Sequence record: MK250017.1
Reading direction: 5' to 3' (one strand)
Length of the DNA: 64,000 nucleotides
This document shows, one piece after another, positions 37,863 through 50,975 of this stretch. Each line of letters begins with the position of its first letter. The stretch's first letter is position 1. The notes under the pieces were generated by a model that made no database searches, had not been told where the DNA came from, and saw only the letters and a list, made by a program, of their open reading frames with translations. The translations under genes were made by a program, and so were the position numbers.

Positions 37863-39185
37863 TTATTGTTCAATGATCTTATACCAATATAAATTATAAT
37901 TTGATTTCTGTTGTTCAACTTTATTTGTAAATCCTTTTACAGCTAATGCATAAGATGCTTTAATAGTCAATTCAAATATAGGAGTCTTATAAGATGATAA
38001 ATTTGCTATGTTTTCTGATTCTATATTTGTAATATTAGTATCTTGAGTAATTATATGTGTTTCTTTTTGGTTTAATTTTTTCCCTTCATCTGTATTATAT
38101 AATATAGGAATATTCTTAGATGAAAAATTGTCATGATTTGAACCGGTAACAACATCTATTATTTGCTGTTTATCTGAATTATTATCATTTTCTTCATCTT
38201 TAACAGTTATCTAAACATTATAGAAAGGAACTATAAAAACAGAATCTGCATATGATGCTAGATCGTCTTCTTTAATTTCTTGTCCATATATATTTGATAT
38301 AAGAGATGTAAGTTGTTTTTTAAAGTCTTCTGTTAATTTTATATCAAAAATAGATTCCCATTTAATTAAACAACCTAATTTCTAATATAACATTATATCA
38401 CATAATTTTAATGGTTGCTAATCATTTATAACATATTGATCTGTTTTTGATTTTAATTTGTCATCATTTATAAACAATGTAGGCATATATTTATTATTGA
38501 AATAAACCTTTCTACAATAATCCAAATTTCCACTAGAGATAACAATATATAATTTACCAGACAGCAACTCCTAAACAGTCGGCACATATGTTCCATCATA
38601 TTCTACCGTTTCTGTTCTATCTTCTATTTCTTTATTTTTCTGTTCTTTATCATAATTAATATATTCATATCCTATTGGCATTATAGAATAACTGTTTTCA
38701 CTACTATTATCAAAAAAATATAATCCTTTATAGTCATCCTATGCTATATATGAATCATTTAATGCCTTTAAATATTCATATCCATATTCTACAAAAATAT
38801 CCTCCAATGATGCTTCATTTGCATTAGTCGCGAATACAGGATTAAGTACACATCCAGCAAACTGCATTGCATTATATGTTTTACTTTTATTATTGGGATC
38901 TTTATATTTTTGAAAATACGTATAATCATAATAATTGTCATTTAATTCATTATTATCAAAATATGTTTCATTTTCTTTAACAATATATTCTTCTGCATTT
39001 ATATCATGTCTATATGTACCATAATTTCGATAAAAATCATTATTTACTTGATGTTCATCTGATGCAATATCAGCAACTTTTTTATTTTCAATATCATATG
39101 ATAATCTATCATAACGTGAAAAATCAAATATATTAGTATATGTCCTTAATATTTTCTCATATTCATTATTAACAATATCTGCCAT
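37863..39185 (-). CDS. hypothetical late protein (code 15, 440 aa)
   Basis: Track ORF 38739-39185 extends through 5 TAG to TAA 37863. Late promoter core at 39214-39220. Confidence 0.8.
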
Positions 39186-39213
39186 ATTTATATGTACGTA
39201 TAAATATTTATAA

Positions 39214-39253
39214 TATTTATTAAATGTATATTAACTATTTAAACAAATAAATA
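39214..39253. promoter_or_regulatory. back-to-back late promoter cores
   Basis: TATTTAT at 39214-39220 (minus strand, 28 nt from ATG 39185) and ATAAATA at 39247-39253 (plus strand, 30 nt from ATG 39284). Confidence 0.6.
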
Positions 39254-39283
39254 TTTAAATCAATTTTAATACAATTTTATTAA

Positions 39284-41173
39284 ATGGAAACAACAAAAGA
39301 TAGTAATAAACTTACAATATATAAAGGTAAATCAGAAGAATATGCATTTATTCCTTTAGATGTTTCTGAAAAAACTTATTATAACTTTACTAATGGTATT
39401 ATTTATAATGATGGTAGTACATATATTAAAAATATAACGGCTGATACATCACTATATAATTTTATTAAAGCTAAAATCATGGATGCTTCTGCAATTAGAG
39501 ATCCTGATACTATAAGTATAACTAATGGAACATATAATATAAACGGATATTTAAGTAATAATATGTTAACACATAACATAAAATTATATTATATTGAAAA
39601 TTTTAAATATACATTGGATGCATCACAATATACTAAAGGTGATGATGAAAATACAAACGTAGTAAATAGAGGAACTACTTATATGTTTACTATTATACCT
39701 AAATTAACAAGAGACGTCTCTGTACTTGAAGCATCTCAAAAGCCCGTTGAACCAGGAGGAGGATCTGGTTCTGGTGGAGGTGATACAAGTTCTGGTGAAA
39801 CAGAAGATCCAAATAAAAAATATGATATTGTATTTAGTGTTGATGGAAATCAAACATTATCATTAACACGAATTGGGACAACAAATAATTATAAATTAGG
39901 TGGAACTTTAGTTATTAAATATGAGTAGTCGGATAAATCTATTAAAAATGATATTGGAACAATTAGTACTATTACAAATAATAATAGTATTTATACATTT
40001 GTAATATATTTAGGTTCAGTTTCACAACCTTGTGTGATATAGAGAATTGATGGATATAATACAACATCAAAGTTATGGGAAGGTAAAATTAATATAAATT
40101 TAGATGAAATGATACCTCAAATTACATATACGTTATTAAGTCCCGGTAGTACAATAAGTTGTGAGTTACGTATGAACATATCCAAAGATGTACCTATTTT
40201 TTCAAAGCATGGTTCTCGATTAAATTCATATATTGTAGAGAATGGGAATAGTTATGGTAAGGATAATTTTGGTTTATATAAGTTTAAGTTAAACACTATT
40301 TCTGTTCCAAAAGCAGGTACAGCAAAAGCATATTTCTTATAGTCTTTAATAGGATAGTATGGAACCTGGGACCAAACTGCATTAAATGTAATGAAAGTTA
40401 ATAATATGTTTGGTTCGAGAACTAGTGGTATTTTTATTATTGTATCAGATGGCAAATATCTAAATTACGCTAATATTTCTAGTAGGATTACGTCAAGCGT
40501 ACCAAATTATTTAGTTGGTGATTTTAAATTAGCATCAACTGGTCATAATAGTATATTCACATCTCCGCTTAATAATAATAATACCACTGTTGTGCTAGAT
40601 GGTCCTCCGATATTTTTGTATGATGAAAGTAATAAGCAAACAAAAATAGACAAAACAAATGGTTATGAAACTGATAATAATATATTTGATGAAACATATT
40701 TTAAACATAAGTCAGGAAATAAATTCCCTGTTCCTGCTAGTACAGAACGTAAAAAAAATATTATTAACTTAAATAACTATAAATATCTTATGTATGAAAA
40801 GAGTTCTTCAAAACCGAATCATTATTGTGGTAAACAACTTACTAATGCAGATTTAAGTGCATATGAAGGAAAAACATTTAATGTTGTATATGAAGTATGG
40901 ACATATAAAATAAATTCAGATTTTTAGCCTTCTATAAATACACCCATAAAAAATAAAGATGGTGAACATATATTAACATCTGTAAGTCCATCATATAATT
41001 TAAACTAGAAAATTGATAGAATTGATTGGGAAACAGGAGGAGGTGGAGGAACAACCATCAAACCAGTAAATACTACATATACTGCAACAGTAACACAGTA
41101 TAAATTATATAGTTTTAAATTATCAAAAACAGATTCAACAACAGGTGTATATGAATATACATTTACAGATTAA
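39284..41173 (+). CDS. hypothetical late (likely virion) protein (code 15, 629 aa)
   Basis: Frame 2 is open except for TAG to TAA 41171. Gly/Ser linker; Thr/Tyr-rich beta composition. Confidence 0.8.
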
Positions 41174-41178
41174 ATATA

Positions 41179-41216
41179 AAAGAGAGATAGAACTTAACAA
41201 TATTCTATCTCTCTTT
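41179..41216. terminator. bidirectional terminator
   Basis: AAAGAGAGATAGAA/TTCTATCTCTCTTT between convergent genes. Confidence 0.85.
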
Positions 41217-41220
41217 ATTT

Positions 41221-43068
41221 TTATGAAAATATTATATATTTAATTTTTATAGGAATTTCATTAGGATTATACACTAATAAACTCTATAATAAGTTTTTAA
41301 CTTTTAATTGTTTATCATCATCTTTACCAATTATCATATATCCATCTCCAATTCTTAACCATAAATCATTTGATGATAAGTATTCCATATACTTATATAA
41401 ACCTATTACACATTCTACTGACGTATCATCATGTGAATCAACAAATTTTACATTTGTTTTATTAGGATTATTTTCCCATAAATCATTATCTTCTGAATTT
41501 CTATTTGCATCTATATACATATCAGGATCATGATATTTTATAGGCTCATCATCAAAAACTCTTTTTTCTTGTGTTGCAGGTAATCTATAAAACTCATCAT
41601 TTATATTCCAATCTGTGTCATATGCAGGTATATATAAATTATCAAAACTGTTTGTAAAACCATCATTTGATGAAATATCATTTAATGGTAAATTATCATA
41701 ATCTTCTATATAAGCACGTTTCTCTTCTGGTATAAGTGCATTTATCTATACAGTAGCTAATGCTTTTTCAAATAATGTTGCTTTCTTTTTTGATATAATA
41801 TTACCTTCATAGTAATTACTTAATCTATTAATTGATACAGGAACACAAACTTCAAGCTAATCTGCTACATGATTTACCCATAATACATTTGAATCATATT
41901 CTTCATCATTTGGCCAATTAGGAATTAATACAATACCACGCATTGCCCCATTAGGATATTTTACATTTCCTATACGTCTGTTTAAATCTTCATAACAATT
42001 AGACGGTCCAACTGAATTCATCATTTTAAATATAAATTCTTTAATGGCATCTAATACTTTAACTATATCATATATATTATACAATGATAAAGGTCTTGTA
42101 AAATATTTCTAATAAATCTAAGGATATTTTTGTATTATAATATCATTGAATTTCTTTGAAAATATTAAAACACCATTCTATTCAAAACATGGTAAGAAAA
42201 ATCTTTTGATAACATCTATTTCATAAACAAATGTATTAAAATCATCTGTTATAGTATCACTCAATTTTAAAAACTCTCTGTATATATCACAATTAATTTT
42301 ATAATTATTAAGTTTAGAATTATCTGTTTTATCTCCTACCAATCTAGGTTTATATTTTTCTAATAAACTTATAATGAAATCTTTTGTAATAACAGGTTCA
42401 ACAAATGGAGAATCTTCAAATTCACCAATATCTCCCTTATTATTTTCATCATTTCTTAATATAGGAATAATCTTAACATTCCTTACTATAAAATCATATC
42501 CTTCTTCCGTACTTTGAAAGTTTATATAGTCTATTTGCTTGTTAGAACTCTCTGTATCGTCATAACTTTTAATAGATATAGAAACAGGCACCTTCAACTT
42601 ATTTAATTGATTCTGAACCAAATTTACAAATGTTCCGTATGTTTCTCTCACTGTCTCACTCTCTACATGAACATTACAAATCTTATTATTTTGTTTATAT
42701 AAAATATCAAATCCTATATTACAATAACTTTCATAATCTTCTATAGATGAAATAATATCGCTTATTAAGAAAAACTGTGATTTATATGTTTCTCCGTATT
42801 CATTACCCTGTAAAAGATATGCGGAATGTGGTTGAAGTATTTTAGTTTCTACTGTATACTAAGTTATACCGGCAGCATGTATAGTCGATAAATCAATAGA
42901 TGCAAGAATATTTCCATTTGAATCTGTTATTTGTCCTTCTGAACCAGATATATCAAATGAGGTATCTTTTTCATTTATTGTTGATGTACATGCATAACCA
43001 GAATTTGCTACATTATTATTTTTTGAATATAATTGATAAAATAAATTTTTATTCTTTGTTGTTGCCAT
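41221..43068 (-). CDS. hypothetical late protein (code 15, 615 aa)
   Basis: ATG 43068 to TAA 41221 with 7 TAG, joining four track ORFs. ATAAATATAAAAAG promoter at 43093-43099. Confidence 0.82.
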
Positions 43069-43102
43069 TTCTGGAATATAATTCACTTTTTATATTTATT
43101 AA

Positions 43103-43137
43103 AAAATGGAATCTATAACAATAATAGATTCCATTTT
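43103..43137 (-). terminator. intrinsic terminator
   Basis: AAAATGGAATCTAT/ATAGATTCCATTTT with T run on the minus strand. Confidence 0.8.
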
Positions 43138-43159
43138 ATTAACTATGTAAGTTTTATAA

Positions 43160-46100
43160 TTAAGCGTTTCTGAAGAAACCATCGATAGTCTTATTCTTAA
43201 AAATAAATGTAACTCTACCTTGTGTAGGTATATTATTACCATAATAATTATGATTTGTCTAACCTGGATGTAATGGATGTTGAATACCTTTTTGCTGAGG
43301 AACAACTCTGTTACCAGCTGTATGAGCAGGTTGCTATACATTATTATGTTGTTGAGTATTAGCAGGCGTACCTGTATTAGTTGTAATAAGATCTAATAAT
43401 TCTCTAATACCATCAAATCTATTAAGAATTGCATTCTCATCAAGTCTATCAAATGAATTCTTCATTCTATCAACTGCTACTGCAATATTATTAATCTTAT
43501 TAGCAAATTGCTATAATGCATTATTACGTGCTTTTTCCTTATTAATAATTTCATCATCTAATGATTTTAATGCTCTACGTGCAGCTTCAAGTTTAGTTGT
43601 ATATATTTTAACTTTACTTGTAGTAACTTGTATCTATGCAGTAAATGTTTTTAACCTTGCAGTATATGTACGCATAGAACCGGAAGTAACATTCATATTT
43701 CTATTAATTTCTGGAGATGTTAATCTCTTTATATTATTAATAAACATATTTATATGAATTCCTAACTGTTTCTGGCGTTGCATTTCTCTTGACAGATAAA
43801 TCATTTTCTTTGCAATCTCTAAATAAAGATCCATAAATTGTGATGTTCTCCTAAAATCAATACGATCAGAAGCTTTTGAAACACCTACCATCTGTCGTTG
43901 CATTTTTGTTAATACATTACCAAAATTAGTAACTGTTGTAATAGGCTTAACTTTAGTATTAAATGATAATTGATTTATTATTTTCCTATATACACAAACA
44001 ACTTTATATACAGAAACTACAAATTTCTGTGCAATATCAGCAGATGGTTTTGAGGTTTCAAATATTTTACCACTTATACTAAAATATGTAGCTAACTATG
44101 TTAATACAGATGTAAACTTAGATGCAACTTCATTTCCTTGCGATAAAACTTTACCCTTATCATCTGTCATTGCTGTTATTATTCTCTTAAGATTATCTAC
44201 AGATGTTTTAATTGTTTTCATTACAGCATTGACTACTTTAGCGGTTGATTGAATTTTATTATATTTTTCCATATTTTCTTTTTTAGAAAGATTATTAGAA
44301 ATAATAGTAATAAAATCAACAAATGCATTTGCAATGTTTTGAGATATTGTTCTTATGAATTTAGATTGTAAACATAAATAATCCTTTGACTATGCAGTAG
44401 TTCCCTTTTTATTAGATGTTAATGATAAGAAAGGTTTTAATGTATTTGAAAAATCTTTTACTGCTTTCATAATAGGATTAATAGTATTCTTTATAATATC
44501 TGCAATACTTTCCGCTTTCTCTATAAAACCTTCATTTGCAAAACTCTTTACAAGGTAATTTATAAATTCTACAAACATCCTACCTACTTCTCTTGCAGCG
44601 TTAGTAAATGCACCACGTTTTAATTTCTTCGTTATCGGTATTAATTTACCATCTTTATCTTTAACATAATGATCTACATATACACCTGTTGCTAATTTAA
44701 GAATTGCATCAACATACTGACCAACTCCTTCCATAACAGGTCCAATAGAACTACCTATTGCATTTAATGCATCTTCCGTTTTATTCCCCCAGAATGAACC
44801 ATGTCGTTCAAATACTGTTACTAATTGATCTACAAAATAAGAAAATGTTGTAGCAACAGAAATTGCTGCCATTATAAAATCAATTGGTGTCACTTTAGCA
44901 AGATGTGGTACAGTATAATTACCATCTTTATCTTTCATATAATAATCTGTATATGTACCCGTTGCTAATTTCATAATAGCATCAACAAATTTACCTACAC
45001 CTTCCATAATAGGCATAATAGAATCTTTCATTGCATCCATTGCCCATATCATATTAGGTTGTAATTGATTAAAAGATTTTCCTAACTAAACAATGAAATC
45101 ACCAAAACGTTCTGAAACAAATGTTGCAGATGTAGAAAATATAGAAGGATCTACCTATTCATATTCAGGTTTACCATTTTTATCATAACCTGTTACAATC
45201 TACATAGTAGAAACTTTAATTACTGTATCAACAAATTTTGATACTGCATCCATAACAGGTTCCATTACCTAACCAACAGTTGATATAGCAAACATTGCTT
45301 TAAATGACATCTTATCAAATGCATCACTTAACGACTATAAGAATATATTAAACTGAGATGAAATTGCAGTTGCTGCCTTACTAAAATCGGTAGCAGTTAC
45401 TTTTCTAAATATAGGTTTCTTATTATTATCATAACCAATTATATATGTACCTGTTGCAACTTTCATCACAATATCGACAAAAGTACTAACCTATTTCATA
45501 ATAGGATCCATTACCTACATTAATAATGATATTCCTAATATTGATAATGCATCAAGTTTTTTAAAACCATCACTTAAACCTGTTAAAAATTCTGTAAATC
45601 CTTTTGTAACAGCAGAAGCCGCATCTGCAAATACAGTTGCAGGCAAATGTTCATACATAGGTTTACCATTATCATCATAGCCTGCAATATAATTCATTGT
45701 TGCAACTTTCATAATAATATCAATGTAATCAGATATTGTTGTTAATATAGGACGTAATGCCATCGAAATTATTAATGCCATTGCAGTTCCGTCAAAATCG
45801 CTAAATGCTTTAACAATTGCTTGCATTGAACCAAGAACACTATTAACATCATCTTTTGATTTGCCTAACATTATTTCTGAAAATGTTTGAATCATCTTTG
45901 AATCACAAATCTCTGTTATATATTTCATCTACATAACAGTTAATGTTAATACACCAAATACTGCCATAATAATAGGAGCAAATGCGCCAGCGGCAATTGC
46001 CTATGCCATTTGTATAGGGTTCGGTGCAGCAGCTTTTATAACATCATACATTACTTCATATAATGCTACCGCTGTTTTACCAGTCTCCCTCATTTTCTAT

Positions 46101-49100
46101 TCATTCATTACCATAACAAGTGATAATGCTTTCATAAATAATACCATAACGCCTGATACAACTGTCATAATACCACCTATTACAGTTAATACTGCACCAC
46201 CAGCAATAATTAAAGGAAGTAATGGTGTTAACGCACCTATAGCAGTAAATACAGTTCCCATTATCGCGAATAATCCAATCATTGTTGCAGCACCTAAAAA
46301 TACAGCACCACCTTTGTTCAAATCATCAACTTTCTTCGCTTCATATGCAAATAATAACAAAGTTGCGCCAGTAATATCCATTAATACTCCTATCGCTGTC
46401 ATAACAATACCGCCGATAATAGTATCTGGTAAGAATTGTTCTAACTTAGAAATACCAAACATTACTGCACCCATTAATGCTAATGTTCCTATCATTGTAG
46501 CAGCACCTAAGAATACTGCACCGCCTTTATTTAATTCATCTATCTTCTTTGCTTCATAAGCAAATAATAAACATGCTGTTCCTGTAGCTAACATAACAAC
46601 TGCAACAGCTGTCATAATAACTGCACCAATTGCTAATTCAACCGCAAACTTATCAGCAAATTTTCCTATCAAGAATAATACGGCACCAAATATTGCAATA
46701 ATACCTAACACAACACCTGCACCAATCAATGCTTCAGGCCACATTTTACCTATAGGAATCAATATATCTTTAGTAATTAAGGAAATTCCCAATAAGATAA
46801 ATGCCATAGCTGCAGTTGCTAATATAGCGTATCCTGCTTTTTTACCATCAACTTTAGATAATATATATGTACCAAATATAAGAGCTGCGATAATGAATAA
46901 TGTTATACCCATACCTATACCAGCTTCTTTACCATTCTAACCAATTGGTATTAATAAATCTTTTGTAATTAAAGCAATACCCATATAGATAACAGCTAAT
47001 ACAACAGTTGCTGCTAAACTCCATAATGCATGTTTACCATTAATTTTTGATAACATATATACACCAAATATTAATCCTGCAACAATAAACATTGTTGCTA
47101 TTGCACCTATCATTATATCACCAAAATTCTAACCAATCGGAACCAATATATCTTTAGATATTAATGCAATACCCATATAGATAACAGCAAGAATCGCAGT
47201 TGCTGCTAATCCCCATAATGCACGTTTACCATTTACCTTATTTAATAATTGAACACCATATATTAAACCACCTATTATAACAAGCGTTATAATTGCACCA
47301 CCTATTACATCATCTGCTTTTTTACCTATAGGTATTAATAATGCTAATGATATAATTGAAACTAATGCAAAAATTAATGATATTTTTAATAAATTAGATG
47401 CACCTTGCTCTATATCTTTATTTGCTTTAGCTATATATTTAACTGCAAAAATACCCAATGCTATAACTAATGAAACAACAAGTCCACCTGTCATAACATC
47501 TCCTAAACTATTACCTATTGGTGCTAATAAAGTTGCAGATACCAAAGCAATTATAGCAAATACTCCTGCAATCTTTAACATTGCATTTGTTGATGCGTTA
47601 AGATTTTTAGAATCTATAGAAGATAATTTATTCACAAGATAAACTGAACCTGCAACAAATAATGTCAATATTCCTAATGATGCTATAATTGTTTTAACAC
47701 TATTATTCTTTACCGTTAATGCTAATAATAATAAAGACACAGACAATGACATTACCATTAAACCAATACCAGTTAATACACCTTGAGCATATTTTAAACT
47801 TTTATCAAGTTTCTGATCTGATAAATCTTTTATTAAATTCTTAAATCCATTTACAGCAAATCTTAATATTAATAAACTGACTACTACTGTACCAATACCA
47901 ACTAATTTAGTTACTAATGATAATGCTATTAATATACCACCAATAGTTCCTATTGATATTGATAACATTCTTATAATATCACATGAATTTTTTACATCTT
48001 TTTTACTTAAATCTGTTACTAAATCTGTTACTGTAGTTTTCATGAATTTAATTAAATAACGAACAACAAGTACAGATTCAACTATTGTTTTAAATGATGT
48101 AACTTTTATAGTTAATGCAATGAATATAACACCTAATAATAATGAGCGCATTGCATCATCCCATGCTTTAAAAAAAACAGATATAGCATTAACTTGTTTT
48201 ACATCCCATTTTTGAGATAATATAGTATTAAAGAAATCAACCAATTTCTTTGCACGTTTTTCAGTTAATGAACTTACAGTAAATATAAAGTTTAATATCT
48301 GTACTTTTTTAATATCAAATAACGCGTTTAATATTGCAAGCATACTATTGACTGTATTCTCTACTCGCTTACCGCTTGGTATTTCGTTAATAAATGTAGA
48401 AAAGAAATTTGCAAGTATTTTTGCTGTAAATCCATTTAATGTTTTAGCTAATTTAAAAACAGAGAATTTCTGATCTGGATCTGCAAGTTTTACAAGTGGA
48501 TCTAATATACCGCCTAAATACTTTATACTTTCATCTACTTTTAAATCACCTTTAAGATATTTAGAAATTGACTTAATAAACTATCCTAATTGTCTACCTA
48601 ATAACCAGCCTCTAATTGGATTTAAACTGATTTTCATTTTAAATACATTAGAATCAACTAATTTAGATATACCACCCATTAAATCTCCTATTGGTTTAAT
48701 AAGCTTTTCTATATCTTTCTATTTAGGATTTGCTTTACTGATAGAATTAATTAATGTGGTAATAAATTTACCCATTCGCTTTGCTGATTTTACGTCTAAT
48801 TTGTTTATATTCTTCTATAGTGTAATCATATCTATAGCAACTAATGTAGACATTGTTTCAACAACAGCTTTTATAATACCAACACTTTTACCTACCTATT
48901 TAGAATTCTATAATGTTAGTCCCTAAATAAAATCAACAATATTCTTTGCACCTTCTGCATTTATTTCAGTCATCTTATTAATAGCTTTCAAGAAACTATC
49001 AATATTATCAAATGTATCATTATCGACTTTAAGACTTGATAAAACAGTATTTACATTTCCTATAGATGTGGCAACTTTATTTAATACGTCATTATCTATT

Positions 49101-49324
49101 GATTCCATTGCAACCAGACCTTTTGACAGTTTCTCTAACTATTCTCCGACTGTTGCTGCTGATTCATCTTTAGCTGTCTCAACAATACCCTATAACAAAC
49201 TTACTATAGTACTATCAGCTTTCTATTCAAGAGTTTCTTTCTTTTTCTCTTCATGCTGATTTACCATAGTATCAAGAATGTTAAAAATACCATTAAGTGC
49301 TTCTTCAGAAGACATTTGTGCCAT
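43160..49324 (-). CDS. tape-measure-like protein with multi-helix hydrophobic region (code 15, 2054 aa)
   Basis: Single frame open except for TAG, joining six track ORFs. Long Ala/Gly/Ile/Leu-rich helical repeats. Confidence 0.7.
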
Positions 49325-49346
49325 ATCGTTTTAAATCGTTTAATTT

Positions 49347-49712
49347 TTATTTAGATGTTGTTTTCTTTTTCTATACAACATATTGGTTATGTTTTATCTA
49401 TTTAACAGTATATATAATACCTGTTGTTTTATCATATAATGTTGAATATTCATATACATTATTATCATCACCATCTTTAATAGGTGTTTTTATCCATTTA
49501 TTATATCCAGGTAATTTATCTGCTTTTGTTAATGAATCTAATTGTAAAATATCTAATGTATCATTTTTCATTGTTTTTACTGATTTAATAGAAACGGAAT
49601 ATGTAGAATCATTTGATTTATTGTTTCCTGTATTCTATTTTAAATCACAAGAATTAAATGAAAAAGTAAGGCTTAATAAAGAGCCTAATAAAATATACTT
49701 CAAACTTTTCAT
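49347..49712 (-). CDS. lipoprotein (code 15, 121 aa), absent from ORF track
   Basis: MKSLKYILLGSLLSLTFSFNS-C22 lipobox-type signal, 3 in-frame TAG, TAA at 49347. Late promoter core at 49748-49754. Confidence 0.75.
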
Positions 49713-49820
49713 AATTATTTAAATATTATTAGTTAAAATATTTAATATATTTATTAGTTATAAATAGACAATATCAATGTTTATAACTATAATAAATTAA
49801 GTAAAATTATATATTCATAT

Positions 49821-50327
49821 ATGGGAAGAAAAAAGAAAGACAATAATGAAGATGTTGAAAAAATAAAAACACCTAAAGCTATTGGTCCATATGATATTAT
49901 TTCTATGATGTGTACTAATTTTGAAGGATTCAATAAATTATCTGATACGATATTAGATAAAAATTTCTTTTTAATTAATAGAGTATTTAGTATTAAATAT
50001 CCTTTACAAGGTGCATTATTTAATAAGAATACAATTAATACAGCAGGTGTAATTAAATCATGGGCAATGTTTATATCAAGTAAAGAAGGATATGGACGTG
50101 TGCCTTATTTTGTTTATACAAAAGGTGCAAAAAAATCTGCTAGCACATCATCAAAGACTGATAAAATAGATAAAGAATTAATTAAGGAATATTGTAAACG
50201 TTATAAAATTAATCTCAAAGATTTTGAGACATTAAAATCTTTATATTATGATGAACTTATAGCAGATGTTAAACGATATGAAAAATTAATTTCAATTAAA
50301 GAACAAGAAAAAAATATTTCAAAATAA
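49821..50327 (+). CDS. putative clamp-loader small subunit (T4 gp62-like)
   Basis: KNFFLINRVFS and IKEYCKRYKINLKD resemble T4 gp62 segments. Confidence 0.5.
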   Translation: MGRKKKDNNEDVEKIKTPKAIGPYDIISMMCTNFEGFNKLSDTILDKNFFLINRVFSIKYPLQGALFNKNTINTAGVIKSWAMFISSKEGYGRVPYFVYTKGAKKSASTSSKTDKIDKELIKEYCKRYKINLKDFETLKSLYYDELIADVKRYEKLISIKEQEKNISK

Positions 50328-50343
50328 ATCATAATAAACAAAA

Positions 50344-50973
50344 ATGATGAAAATATACCCAGAAAAATTAGTGAAGTCAATACAAACAATAATTGACTCA
50401 GGTAAAGTAGAAATTTCTACATTCAATTCATATGATGAATTTATTCCAGAAATTAATTCATGTGAAATTCATATAAAGTTTACAAAGAATTCAAAGGGAG
50501 ATCGTGAACCTATTATTATGGTTAATAATAGTGATATTACATCCCAATTCATCAATAGTTGGCGAACATCTGCTCCAGGTAAATTTATGTGTAAAGATTA
50601 TCGTAAAGATAAAAAAGATTTTATTGGTAATACTTTATACCATGTAGTTAAATTTACATTAGATGGTGTTAAGATGCAAATGATGGTAAGGCTTCTTACT
50701 GAAATTACAGAAGATTGTACAGAATCTGATAGAAAAGAACTTATTAATGAATATGGCGATTTATCTATCAGTGGTAAGATCTTTTCTATTATTAAGATAA
50801 TGCCTGATGATGGTAGAAATGGATGGAATTGTTGGGATCGTTATAAATCACGTGATAATAATTACATTATTAATCTATATGAAACAAATTCAGCTTATAT
50901 TGATGAAGCAAACGATGACAATGACAATAATGAATGTGATGAAGATTCAAATGAATCTGAACCATTGTTTTAA
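50344..50973 (+). CDS. hypothetical protein
   Basis: 209-aa ORF with acidic C-terminus, TAA stop. Confidence 0.75.
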   Translation: MMKIYPEKLVKSIQTIIDSGKVEISTFNSYDEFIPEINSCEIHIKFTKNSKGDREPIIMVNNSDITSQFINSWRTSAPGKFMCKDYRKDKKDFIGNTLYHVVKFTLDGVKMQMMVRLLTEITEDCTESDRKELINEYGDLSISGKIFSIIKIMPDDGRNGWNCWDRYKSRDNNYIINLYETNSAYIDEANDDNDNNECDEDSNESEPLF

Positions 50974-50975
50974 TA

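Noticed and set aside
4198-49324. Pseudogene or degraded-prophage interpretation of the fragmented ORFs
   Set aside because: All breaks are TAG in a single frame, with no frameshifts and no internal TAA/TGA, and TAG aligns with conserved Gln.
49297-49722. 141-aa plus-strand ORF
   Set aside because: It is antisense to the code-15 lipoprotein, which has a signal peptide, a late promoter and the same orientation as the adjacent gene.
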